Below the pieces are notes generated by a model. That model was not told the origin of the DNA, did no database searches, and saw nothing but the letters and a program-made list of their open reading frames with translations. Made by a program: the position numbers and the translations under genes. Below are positions 22,501 through 32,337 of a DNA stretch of 64,000 nucleotides, piece after piece. Within the stretch, counting starts at the first letter, position 1. Each line of letters starts with the position of its first letter. The stretch spans positions 1,612,001-1,676,000 of the forward strand of contig OZ251222.1 in the NCBI GenBank assembly GCA_965240325.2, given 5' to 3'. Origin of the DNA: Rebecca billardiae RCC1528. Its lineage: Eukaryota > Protista > Haptophyta.

Positions 22501-24467
22501 GGGCGGCGGCATGGGTGACGGCGATGGCGGAGGCGAAGGTGGCGGCACCGGCGGTGGCGATGGCGGTGGTGATGGTGGCGGCGATGGCGGTGGCGATGGC
22601 GGTGGCGATGGAGGTGGCGACGGCGGCGGCGACGGCGGCGGCGAGGGCGGCGGCATGGGTGACGGCGATGGCGGAGGCGAAGGTGGCGGCACCGGCGGTG
22701 GCGATGGCGGTGGCGATGGCGGCAGCGATGGCGGTGGCGAGGGCGGCGGCGACGGTGGTGGCGACGGCGGCGGCGATGGCGGGGGCGATGGCGGTGGCGA
22801 CGGCGGTGGCGACGGAGGGGGCGCGGGTGACGGCGATGGCGGAGGCGAAGGTGGCGGCACCGGCAGTGGCGATGGCGGTGGTGATGGTGGCGGCGACGGC
22901 GGTGGCGACGGCGGTGGCGACGGCGGTGGCGACGGCGGTGGCGATGGCGGTGGCGATGGCGGTGGCACCGGCGGCGGCAATGGCGGTGGCGAGGGTAGCG
23001 GCGATGGCGGGGGCGTCGGCGGGGGCGCTGGTGACGGCGATGGCGGTGGCGAAGGTGGGGGCGACGGGGGTGGTGAGGGTGGCGGCGACGGCGGTGGCGA
23101 CGGTGGCGGCGAGGGCGGCGGCATGGGTGACGGCGAGGGCGGAGGCGAAGGTGGCGGCACCGGCGGTGGCGATGGCGGTGGCGACGGCGGCGGCCAGGGT
23201 GGGAACCGCGGAGGTGGCGATGGCGGCGGTGATGGCGGCGGCATAGGGGGTGAGTGTGGCGGTGGCGGTGACGGCGGCAGTGACGGTGGCGGCAGCGGTG
23301 GCGCCGATGGGGGCGGCGATGGCGGCGGCGCCGGCGGCGGGGAGCAGCTGGTGAAATTGACCGACACATTCGACGCGGCGAACACGTAAGAGCCGCACAG
23401 CCCGTCGTTGTCCCCGAAGCCCGGGTCCAGCAGAGCCGGTAGCGAGACCACCTCAGGAGGAATCACGCCCACGAGAGCGTTGAAGCTGACGTCGCTGCGC
23501 GGCGCAGAGCGCCGGCGGGCGCGGGGCGTGGAGGCAGGGGCGACGCGCAGGTTGCAGCCGGGGGTGCGGCGGGTGCGGCGGTCAGCTGCGGCGCTGCCGA
23601 GGCGGGACGGCCCGGCTGGCAGGGGCAAGGGCAGGGGACTCCCTTGGCAGGGGCGCTCTCGGCAACGGCCACAGGCGCCCATCGGTGTGGGAGACTCTCC
23701 AGCGCACACAGTAGGCTGACGCTCGTAAGCAGGCCCAGCTCGGTTGGGATGGCGCCCATCAGCGCGTTCGACTGCATGAACCTGAGCTCGGCGGGGCGAC
23801 GCGCGCGCCAAGGTCGGGCCGGATGGGGCGGGCCCCGAGGGCGCTGCGCGGTCAGCGCCTGGGGCAAGGGGCAAATCGCCGCGGCCCGCCCGCGCTCCGA
23901 TGCGCCGGCGCGCACGCGCGCACATCTCGCCGAGGGCGGTGAGCGCCCCAATCTGGCTCGGGATCGAACCGGTGAGGGCGTTGTCGCCAAAGTCCCTGCT
24001 CGAGGCGCGAGGCGCGCGCAGTAGGCAGACGGGTGGGCCGTGGCATGGCCGCGTGAGGCAGGGACTGGACTGCGGCGCACGTGCATGCGCGCGCACTGGG
24101 GCGCGCGCCCGACGGCAGCCGAGCGCACGCGCGTGCGCGCACAGAGCGGTGAGGGCAGTGAGGTCGCCGATGGTGGCTGGAATGGGCCCGGTGAGCCCGA
24201 GACCTGCCATCGGGCTGCGCGCGCGCCAGCAGGCAGGGCGGGCGGACAGAAACGGATGCACGGGGCGCGCCGCTCGTTAGGTCCAGGCGCGCGCGCGGGG
24301 CGGGCGGGGTCGGCGTACCGCACGTACAGGTCCGTGCAGAGCGTGATCGGTACCAATGCGTTGCACGCGATCCACGTCGCGTGGTCGACGATCTGCACGC
24401 TGTAGACCAAGCCAGTGAGCGCCACGGCCGGGTGTGGCGACGCCGCGCACAGCCGAGCAGCAACCAT
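10582..24467 (-). CDS. Giant polycystin-1/REJ-like cell-surface receptor: LRRs, extensin-like (SPPP)n stalk, SEA-like domain, IPT/TIG, PKD/REJ, GPS, ~5 TM helices and an EF-hand-like loop
   Basis: Exons are ?-24328, 24214-24143, 23995-23924, 23781-23710 and 23494-10582, all introns phase 2. Motifs: LRR LTGSIPSQIGALTAL; IPT SPPLGPVRGGTRVTVHGAGF; REJ PPFGGGLVVSPARGEALRTRFDLSAPGW; GPS CRYWDDALLEWSADGC...CACTHLTDF; hydrophobic TMs follow. The start is uncertain (ATG 24467, or upstream 24755/24806/24812). Confidence 0.85.
19546..23340. repeat. ~3.8-kb coding minisatellite (12-bp GGCGATGGCGGT-type units, encoding SPPP on the minus strand) with higher-order duplications
   Basis: Near-continuous GGY/GAY/GAG triplets. 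The cassette GGAGGCGAAGGTGGCGGCACCGGCGGTGGCGATGG recurs many times, and a rare GACTGCGAT variant recurs 582 bp apart (21661 and 22243). Confidence 0.95.
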
Positions 24468-25216
24468 CAGGATGGTGGCGCACTGCCAGCGGGGGCGCAG
24501 GCCCCGCCCGCGCGCAGGCCGTGTGTATTGCACCGAGCTTGCACGCAAGCGTGCGAGGAGGCCGCCGATCCACGCGGCAGGCTGCCGCGCCAGGCGTGGC
24601 GCGAGCAGCGCGAGCGCAAGCAGCACGAGCGCACAGCCGTGCGGTCTCCGCGCGCCGGAGCTCGGCGAGACCACGTCTCGCGGTGAGTGCAGCGCGATGG
24701 CGGTGAGGATAGCGAGCCCCCCCGCGCACACGCATGTCAGGCTGTGCGTGTGCATGCGCCCGCGAGCTGGAGGACCCCACGCCAGGTCCGTGGTGGGTGC
24801 ACCCATGTCCATCACCGCCCACACAAGCCGAGCGAGCTCCACAGGCTGCGGTTCGTTCAGTTATCTACCCGGCGGTAGTCTGCCGATGCATCGTTTTGCA
24901 TATTGAGCTACCCTCCAGCGGGTAGTTTTTTGTTTTGAGCTCGTTGATTGGTTGCGGCCGGGAGGTTTATCACAAGAACGAACGCGCCGAGGAACTATGA
25001 TACCGTACCCGAACCGCGCGAGAATTCTCATCAGCAGTTTCAAGTTGGCTGACGACACGCCCGCCCCGCGATTCAGCCCAGTGGCATCACGGGCGGCGGG
25101 CGACCTCGGACGCGACACGGGCGCTCGGCTGCGACTCCAGTGGCCCACTCGCCTGACAATGCGCTCCGGCGTCGTCCAGCCTAGGCAGTTCAAGATGCGC
25201 GATCAGCCATGGGACG

Positions 25217-26000
25217 ATGGGTGCCAGGACTGGGAGGCCCGGAGCGGGCCACAGCGAGGACTGCCCTCCGACTCGCCCAGCACTCGGGCAGCAGTGCCAG
25301 TGGCGCGTGCCGATGGCATCAAGCGCACGCGCTCGAGCTCCACGCGCGTCGCGCCGAGATCACGCCGAGATCACGCATCTGTGCGAGCTGTGCAAGGTGA
25401 GGTCCGAGCGCCGCAGAGGCGCCGCGCGCGCGGGCCGCGTGGCACGCAGTCAGCCGGCGCAGCGTTCGGCGGCGGGCGCGCGCGCAGAATCGGCGCAGCA
25501 GCGGGCGCGTGTCACAGTGGTGCACGGCTTCGCCCCAGCCCGCTCCCCCGCGCACCCCGGCGCGTGCGTGTGGCAGGACGGGCGCTTCAGCCGAAAGATG
25601 GTGATGATGGTTGACTTCATCGGAAGCCCTCAAGGTGAACTATGCTTTTGTGGTCATCCCGAGCGCCCGCCCTGCGACACACACCCCAGCCAGCCAGCCC
25701 GGTGGCACGCGCCGCGGCCGCGGGGCGCGCGGTGCGACCGCGGCGCGAGCGCGCCAACGCGGAGCCGCAATGGGGCCGCGCCGCTCCGCGCCGAGGCCCA
25801 CCCGCGCCGGGCCGCGCCGGGCACGCGCGCGCGCCCTCCGCTGCGCCCACGCCGCCCCTCCTCCCCGCCCCCACGCCGCGCTTGTCAGCCAAATGCCTCG
25901 AGTGTCCGCACAGACGGCGCAGCGGCCGCGGAAGACCCGCGGCGCGCCGATGGCCATAGGACTCGTCATCTAATAGTGGTTGTCATCACCCAAGCGCGGC
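25217..26000 (+). CDS. Possible small multi-exon hypothetical gene
   Basis: Phase-compatible GT-AG exon candidates (...THLCELCK | DGRFSRKMVMMVDFIGSPQ | ...) lie downstream of a lower-GC promoter-like region. No recognisable domain. Confidence 0.2.
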
Positions 26001-26800
26001 CGTGCGTGCGTGTGCAGGCCCCGCGGCGCGGCGGCGGCGGCGCGCGCGAGCGGCGCGCACCTGCAACCCACGCCGTCGACGCTGCGGGGCGTCTGCGCGC
26101 GCGAGCGCGCGGGGGCAGGCCACGGGCGGCCGGGGCGCGGGGCGGGCTGTGTCAGCATCAATGGCCGACGCGCGCACCATCCAGTCGCGCGTCGGTGAGT
26201 AGACGTTGCGCGGTCGGTGTGCGCCCGGGGGATGGCCGCGAGGGCCCTCCCAAGAGGCCGGCACCACTGGAGCGGTCGGAGTGGGCCGGGTGACATCGGG
26301 CAGTGCCACCACCCTCCCGCGCGCGGCGCCGCGCCCCGCAGACCCGCGCGCGCGCGCCCCCAGCCCGCTCTCCAGCGCACTCGGCATCGGAGTGTGCCGC
26401 GAGACAGGTCAACCCCAGCCTGGCCAAAAGAGGGCTGCGATTGGTATAAGCGCGGGTAGCGCCGAGCGCAGTCTGCGCTGCGCGTGACGGCACGGGACCG
26501 ACCGTCGAGGCCCCGGCCAACGCCTTACACAGCGCGAGGTGTGTGTGTATGTGTGTATGTGCGTGGTGTGTGTGCCTGTGCACGTGGGCGCGGCGCGGCG
26601 CGCACCGGCGCGGGCGAGCGCGCCGGCGCCGCCGGCCGGCCGCAGCCTTGCCGCCGCCCTCGGTGAGCGGGCTGGCCGTCCCCTCCTCCCCACAGCGCGC
26701 GCGCACCCAGGAGCCTCAGCGGTTTGCTGTCCGCAGCACAGAAGTGGCTCGGTCAGGGATAACCAGTCTTTGTGAACTGTCGCATCCTTGGCAAGGGCGC

Positions 26801-26940
26801 GCACACACGCACCCAGCACCGCACACGCGCACGCAGCGCCGCACACGCGCACGCAGCACCGCACACGCGCACGCAGCGCCGCACACGCGCACGCAGCGCC
26901 GCACACGCGCACGCAGCACCGCACACGCGCACGCAGCGCC
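26801..26940. repeat. 20-bp minisatellite x7 (GCACACGCGCACGCAGCRCC)
   Basis: Seven consecutive 20-bp units, the first slightly diverged. It lies near a (GT)n-like tract at ~26539-26575. Confidence 0.9.
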
Positions 26941-27055
26941 TCACGCGCCCCGCCCTCCCCTCCGCCAGGCGCCCAGTGCACGCGCACGCCCGCACGCCCG
27001 CGAGGCGGGAAGGGGTCGGGGCCGCAGGCCGCGGGCCGCGTACGCGTGCGCGGAT

Positions 27056-27100
27056 GGGCGAGGGCGAGGGCGAGGGCGAGGGCGAGGGCGAGGGCGAGGG
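27056..27100. repeat. (GGGCGA)n hexamer microsatellite, ~7 copies
   Basis: Read directly from the sequence; it would encode SPSPSP on the minus strand. Confidence 0.85.
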
Positions 27101-27230
27101 TGACATACCCTGGGATGCGCCGAGCAGGGCGCGCGTCGTCACGAGGCGGGCATGCATGCCCAGCATCGACACGCCGAGACGCCCGATCAGCAGCGCGCGC
27201 CGCGCCCGCGCCGACCGCCCGCGCGCGCGC

Positions 27231-28214
27231 TCAGCGCGCGCTCACGGCGAGGTCGAAGGTGCGGCCTCTGTGCACGAACGTCGAGCGGTGCACCGGCGCA
27301 CCAGCCGCGCCCGCCGCGCAGCTGAAGTCAAGCGCTCGCCGGGCGTCCGCCATGCGCGGCAGCGGCGGCGGGTACACGCGCGCCGGCCCGCCCGCCAGGA
27401 GCCGGGCGCGGTCGGCCGCGGCGCGCGCGCGCACGGCGTGCGCGCGCGCCGTGCGCTCGCCGCGCGTCGCCTCCCAGCCGCCGAGCAGCGGCGGCGACGG
27501 CGCGGCAAAAGGGTCTAGTATCGCTGCCGCTCGCGCGCGTGGTTGGGGCGCGGGGCCGGTCATCGCCGCGCGCAGCTCGCTCGCCAGCTCGGTGATCGAC
27601 TCGACGAGTGGGCCGAGCGCGCCGTCCATCGCCTCCGCCCACGCTGTGTCGTCGGAGCCGCTGCCGCTGCTCGCAGCGCCGCCGACCGCAGCGGCGGCGG
27701 CGGCGAGGGCGGCGGCCGCGGCGGCCCCACGGCCTCCCGCCGCCGCCAGCTCGGGAGCGGTTCGTCTCGGCGGCGAGCTCGCCGCGGCGGAGAGGTCCAG
27801 CTCGCGCGGGACAGCGCCCGCGGGGCTTCGACGCCTGTCCGAGCCGTCGCTGCTCTTCGAGCTGCGCGCGCCCGCGTCGGCGCCGTCGCGCGCGTCGCGC
27901 GAGCGCCGCCCGCGTCTTCGTGCCGTCGTGCCGGCCGTGGCGGCGCGACTGCTGCCGACGGCACTGCCGGCCGCAGCGCTGGCCGTTGCGAAGAACATGC
28001 CGCCCTCGGACTCGCCCATCAGCGGATCGAGCGGCGAGGCCGCGCCCCCGCGCGGACGCGCAGCCACCGGCCGCGGCCGCGCGGGCGTGTGCGGGCTCAA
28101 GCGCGCGCGCGGCGGCGGATCCCGCGGGGACGGCGGCTCGTCGTCGGACGTGAGCGACTCGACTGGGCGGATGGGCGTGAGAGCGTAAATGTCGTCCTCC
28201 TCCTCGGCCGACAT
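27231..28214 (-). CDS. Hypothetical low-complexity protein (probably continues in further exons towards ~26400)
   Basis: ATG at 28214 (MSAEEEDDIYALTPIRPVES...), divergent from the glycosyltransferase. There is a GTGAG donor candidate at 27245. No recognisable domain. Confidence 0.5.
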   Translation of the reverse strand: MSAEEEDDIYALTPIRPVESLTSDDEPPSPRDPPPRARLSPHTPARPRPVAARPRGGAASPLDPLMGESEGGMFFATASAAAGSAVGSSRAATAGTTARRRGRRSRDARDGADAGARSSKSSDGSDRRRSPAGAVPRELDLSAAASSPPRRTAPELAAAGGRGAAAAAALAAAAAAVGGAASSGSGSDDTAWAEAMDGALGPLVESITELASELRAAMTGPAPQPRARAAAILDPFAAPSPPLLGGWEATRGERTARAHAVRARAAADRARLLAGGPARVYPPPLPRMADARRALDFSCAAGAAGAPVHRSTFVHRGRTFDLAVSAR

Positions 28215-28389
28215 GTGCGCGGCCGCGCGCGGCAAATTCGGCGACGCAGCTCGCCCGAGCCCGAGCGCCGAGAGGGCTCGGTCGCTGACCCCGAGGCCGC
28301 GTGGACTGGCCGCGACGCCCGGAGCGGCGGAGCACCGGACTGCGCAAAAACAGTGGCCGGCTGGGTCTGGCGATGGTGGTGTGGGGTGT

Positions 28390-30333
28390 ATGCCGCACAC
28401 GTGCTGCGCGGTCGCGCTGACGCTCACGGCTGCCGCCGCCGCGCTCAGCATCGGCGCATGGCTCGGAGAGCGTGACCACGTGAAGCATGTGCGCGTGACC
28501 AGTGCGCCCACCGCGCCTGCCGTGCACGCGGCCGGCGCGCACGCGGTTCTGAGCCAAGCGCGCGACGTCAGCGCGCCTGCTGGCTCGGCCTCGGCCCTCG
28601 CCACGACCTCGAACGACGCGCGGCCCCGGCCGCCCGCGCAGCCAGCGCACGCGCGCGTTCGCACCGTCTCCTCGGCTCCAGTGCGCGCCGCCGACCCGCA
28701 CGCAACCGGGCTCACGGCGCCCGCGCGCGAAGCGGCTGGCTCGACGCTCGGCGCCAGCGCCAAGCCGCGGGCGAATCGCGCTCCTCCCGCGGCTCCGAAG
28801 GTCTCCGGTGGCCCCGCAGCGAATCTCACGCTCGCGCCGCCTGAGCCCGTGCTGCGCATCGAGTTCTTGCTGCTCACCGGGCTCCCGTCCGAGGCCCTCC
28901 GCGCCCGGATGATTGCGTCGGTGCTGCGGCAGCGCGCCGACGCGGTGCGCGCGCGCGCGGGCTGCGCGCCCGAGGCGCGCGTCTCCGACCTGACGGCCGG
29001 CGGCAACGCCACGGCGCGCGCTGAGGCGCTCGCGCGCTGGACGGCGCGCGTGCTCGCCGCGCCGCCGTCCGAGCTGCCGCACGCGGTGCTCACGGTCAAG
29101 AAGACGCTCAGCGTGCCGCAGCTGCGCGCGCTGTGGTCGCGCTGCGTTCTCGTGGTCGTTGACGCGGTCGACAACACCGACCTGGTCGACGGCTGGATGG
29201 GCGGGGCGCACGGGTACCCGGTCGACCAGTACGCGCCGCGCGCGCTGCTGCTCGTGCAGACGCGCCGGACCGCGTCGATGCTCGCGAGCCCTCCGCCCAA
29301 CACGCACTTCCGGCCGATCTGGGCCGCGCGCCGCGAGCGCAACGGCCATGCTGACCCGGTGGCCGTGCTGCCGCACTCGCACACGAACGTGGGCGGGTGG
29401 GAGGTGCGCGCGCCCGCCGAGAGCGCGCGCCGCGCCGTGCGCGTCGTCGGGCTGCTGGTCGGGCAGGCGCTCAACGCGCCGCCTGACGCCGAGCTCCGCG
29501 AGCTCGCGGGCGCGTGCTGCGCGCGCGGCGCAGCCCTCCGGTACGTCCATGAGCTGCCCAACCGGCGCGGCGCGTACCGCGCGCACGTGCTAGACTACAC
29601 GTGTGACGGGCGGCGCTCGCGCGGCGCGGCGCGCGTCTGGCTGGAGAAGGAGCCCGCCGCGCGGGGCCCGCCCGCGCGCGCCCCCGGCCCGTCGCTCGCC
29701 GACTCGGATCTCTTCAACTTCAGCGCGCAGCGCGCCTTCCACGACGTGGCGTGGGTTCGCGACGTCGACGTCGGCCTGCTGTGGCCGCCGAGCCGCGCGC
29801 CCAAAGTGCTGCTGCACCGCCCGCCCACACGGCTGCTGTGGTGGTGGTCGCACGGCGTGCCGGCCCTCTTCTTCCCGTACGCCGCGTACGTCGAGGCGGC
29901 GCGCGACGCCAACTACACGCTGCCCTGGCCGCCGGCAGCGGCGTCGGCGACCCCCCAGCGCGCCGGCGGCGCAGCGGCGGACGCCGCCGAGGAGCCGACG
30001 CGCGCGACTGGGCTTGACGGCCGCGCGCTACCCATCGTCGCGAGCGCGCGTGCGCTCGGCGAGCTGCTCGAGCGCCTCGGCCGCGCGCCGGAGGCTCGGC
30101 GGGCGCTCGCGGCGCGCGGGCTGCGGGCCGTGCGCGATTACGACCCCGAGGCGACCGCCGCGCGGCTCGTCGAGACCGTGAGAGACGCCGTGGCCACCTC
30201 GCGCGAGGACGTGCGCCGGAGCGTCGGCGCGCGGCCCGGCGGGCGCAAGTCGTCGGGCTACGAGCACGACCGGCTGTACGCGGACGCGTGCGCCGCGCGC
30301 ACTCCCGGCCGGGGGCCGCATGCTGCCATCTGA
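28390..30333 (+). CDS. Type II membrane GT-B-fold glycosyltransferase-like protein
   Basis: N-terminal TM anchor (CCAVALTLTAAAAALSIGAWL) and a Pro/Ala stem. The C-terminus has a GT4-like pattern: DVDVGLLWP...HRPPTRLLWWWSHGVPALFFP...LGELLERL...RRALAARGLRAVRDYDPEATAARL. Intronless. Confidence 0.65.
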   Translation: MPHTCCAVALTLTAAAAALSIGAWLGERDHVKHVRVTSAPTAPAVHAAGAHAVLSQARDVSAPAGSASALATTSNDARPRPPAQPAHARVRTVSSAPVRAADPHATGLTAPAREAAGSTLGASAKPRANRAPPAAPKVSGGPAANLTLAPPEPVLRIEFLLLTGLPSEALRARMIASVLRQRADAVRARAGCAPEARVSDLTAGGNATARAEALARWTARVLAAPPSELPHAVLTVKKTLSVPQLRALWSRCVLVVVDAVDNTDLVDGWMGGAHGYPVDQYAPRALLLVQTRRTASMLASPPPNTHFRPIWAARRERNGHADPVAVLPHSHTNVGGWEVRAPAESARRAVRVVGLLVGQALNAPPDAELRELAGACCARGAALRYVHELPNRRGAYRAHVLDYTCDGRRSRGAARVWLEKEPAARGPPARAPGPSLADSDLFNFSAQRAFHDVAWVRDVDVGLLWPPSRAPKVLLHRPPTRLLWWWSHGVPALFFPYAAYVEAARDANYTLPWPPAAASATPQRAGGAAADAAEEPTRATGLDGRALPIVASARALGELLERLGRAPEARRALAARGLRAVRDYDPEATAARLVETVRDAVATSREDVRRSVGARPGGRKSSGYEHDRLYADACAARTPGRGPHAAI

Positions 30334-30596
30334 TGTCGATGACGATGCGCATCATCGTCAGCGCGTACGACCGTCATGCCGTATGAGCAGACGAGTGACT
30401 AAGTACCCGCATATCGGTGCCACTAGGTGCAGCCTGCGAGCGTGACTGTCTGAGCGGTCACTGAGCCTGTGCCCTGTGGCGGCAACGACCGGATCATCTC
30501 TCACATCTGCTGTGCAGCAGCATCAGCCGACGATGGGCGCCGGCATGCGCTGGCGCGGGATGACAGCAATCTGCATGCGCGCGCGCAGACTCCGGG

Positions 30597-32303
30597 TCAC
30601 TTGCGACCGGCGAAATTGCGCGGCAGTGTTGGGAGCGTGAAGCCGCCGAATGCGCGCCCTGCGCCCTGCTGGTCCGCCGCAGGCTGCACCTCCTGCGCGC
30701 GCGGCGCCAGCCGGGGCGCGCGGCGCCAGGCGCACACAGCGCGGCGGCGGGCGTTGAGCACGAGGCAGCGGCCCGGCAGCGCTGCCGCCGCTGCCGCTGC
30801 CGCGGCGGTGGCGGCGGGCGGCGAGCACGAGGCGAGGCGCACGCGGCATCGCCCCCCCCCCCCCCCCCCCCCCCGCGCGCGGCGCGCGCACCTGCGCCAT
30901 CGGCTGCGACGAGGTGAGCCGCATCGCGGTGAGCTCGTCGTTCGCGCGCTGCAGCCGGAGCGCCAGGTCCTCCTTGGCCTCGCGCGTCTTGTCGAGCATT
31001 TCCATCAGCTGCTTGAAGTCGTCCTCGCGCACGGCCTGCCACACGTTGGCGTCGCGCTGCTCCTGCAGCGCGTCGCGCTCGGACTTGGCCGCGCGCGCCT
31101 CGGCCTCCAGCGCCTGGATGATCTCGTCGCGCTCGCGCACCTCCTCGAGCGTCGCCGCGAGCTGCGCCTGCGCGCCCGCGGCCGCGGCCGCGCCCGCCGC
31201 GCCGTCCGCGCCGTCCGCGCGCGGGCTCGACGCGAGCTGCTCGAACGATCCGTCGGCGGCGGCGGCGCCGGGCGGCATCGGCGGGGGCGGCGGGCGCGGG
31301 AGCGGCGGGTTGGCGTCCGACGCGGCGCCGCCCTCCTGCCGCCCGTCATCACCACCGCCCGCCGCCGCCGCCTCCTCCGCCGCCGCCTCCTGCGCGGCCG
31401 CGACGGCGGCCGCGGCCGCAGCCGCGTCGTCCGCCGCGTCCGCGCGCTCGCTCTCGTGGGCCATCATCTCGGCGACCTGCGCGTCGAGCTGGACGACGAG
31501 CGCCTCCTTGTCGGCGAGCTCGGCCTGCGTCGCCGCCAGCTGCGCGCGCAGCGCGCTCACCTCGTCCGCCGGCTCGGCGCGCGAGACGAGCACGGGCGAG
31601 TCTGCGCGCGACGACCGATCTGCGGCCGACGGCCCCGCGGCGCCGCTGCCGCCGCCCGCCGACGCCGCGGCCGCCTGCGCGGCGGCGGCCGCCTCCTGCG
31701 CCGCCCTGAGCTGGCGCTGCAGCTGCTCCGACTCGGTGAGCGAGTTCTCGAGCGCCGACGAGTACGTCGCCGCCTCCTCCTTCGCCTCCGCCGCCTGCAG
31801 CTCCAGCGCCTCGCAGCGCGCGCGCAGCACGCTCTCATCCTCGCCCTGCGCGGCGGCGGCGCTCGCGGCCGCGTCGCGCGCGCTCGCTAGCTCGGCCTGC
31901 GCCTGCGCGAGCTGCGCGGCGAGCGCGTCGGCGCGCGGCTTGTGCTCGGCAGCGGCGGCGGCGGCGGCGCTCGCCTCGTCTGCGCGCTGCGCGTGCGCAG
32001 CGGCGTCCGCCTGCGCCGCGGTGAGCTCCTGCTCGACCGAGCGCGCGCTCGCGCCCGCCTCGTCGGCGCGCGCGCGCTCGGCAGCCGCCTCGGACGTGCG
32101 CGCAGCCAGCTGCTGCTCGAGCTGCGCGGCGCGCGACACGGCCTCCTCAGCCCGCGCGTCCGCCGCCGAGCCCGCCGCCGAGCCCGCGGCGGCCGCGGCC
32201 GCGAGCTGCTCACGCGCCGTGGCCGCCTCCGCGCGCGCCGACTCCGCGGCCGCGAGCGCCGCCTCCAGTGCCTCTTGCCGCTGCTGCGCGTCCGCGCGCG
32301 CCT

Positions 32304-32337
<34 letters not shown>

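Noticed and set aside
17885-23398. Four additional >1,300-aa ORFs (Gly-rich, Ala/Met-rich, Ala/Thr-rich, Arg/His-rich) over the repeat array
   Set aside because: They are shadows of a stop-free triplet repeat. Only the Pro/Ser frame connects the LRRs to the IPT/REJ/GPS domains.
26801-26940. CRISPR-like periodic repeat
   Set aside because: Units are contiguous with no unique spacers, there are no cas genes, and the context is eukaryotic. It is a minisatellite.
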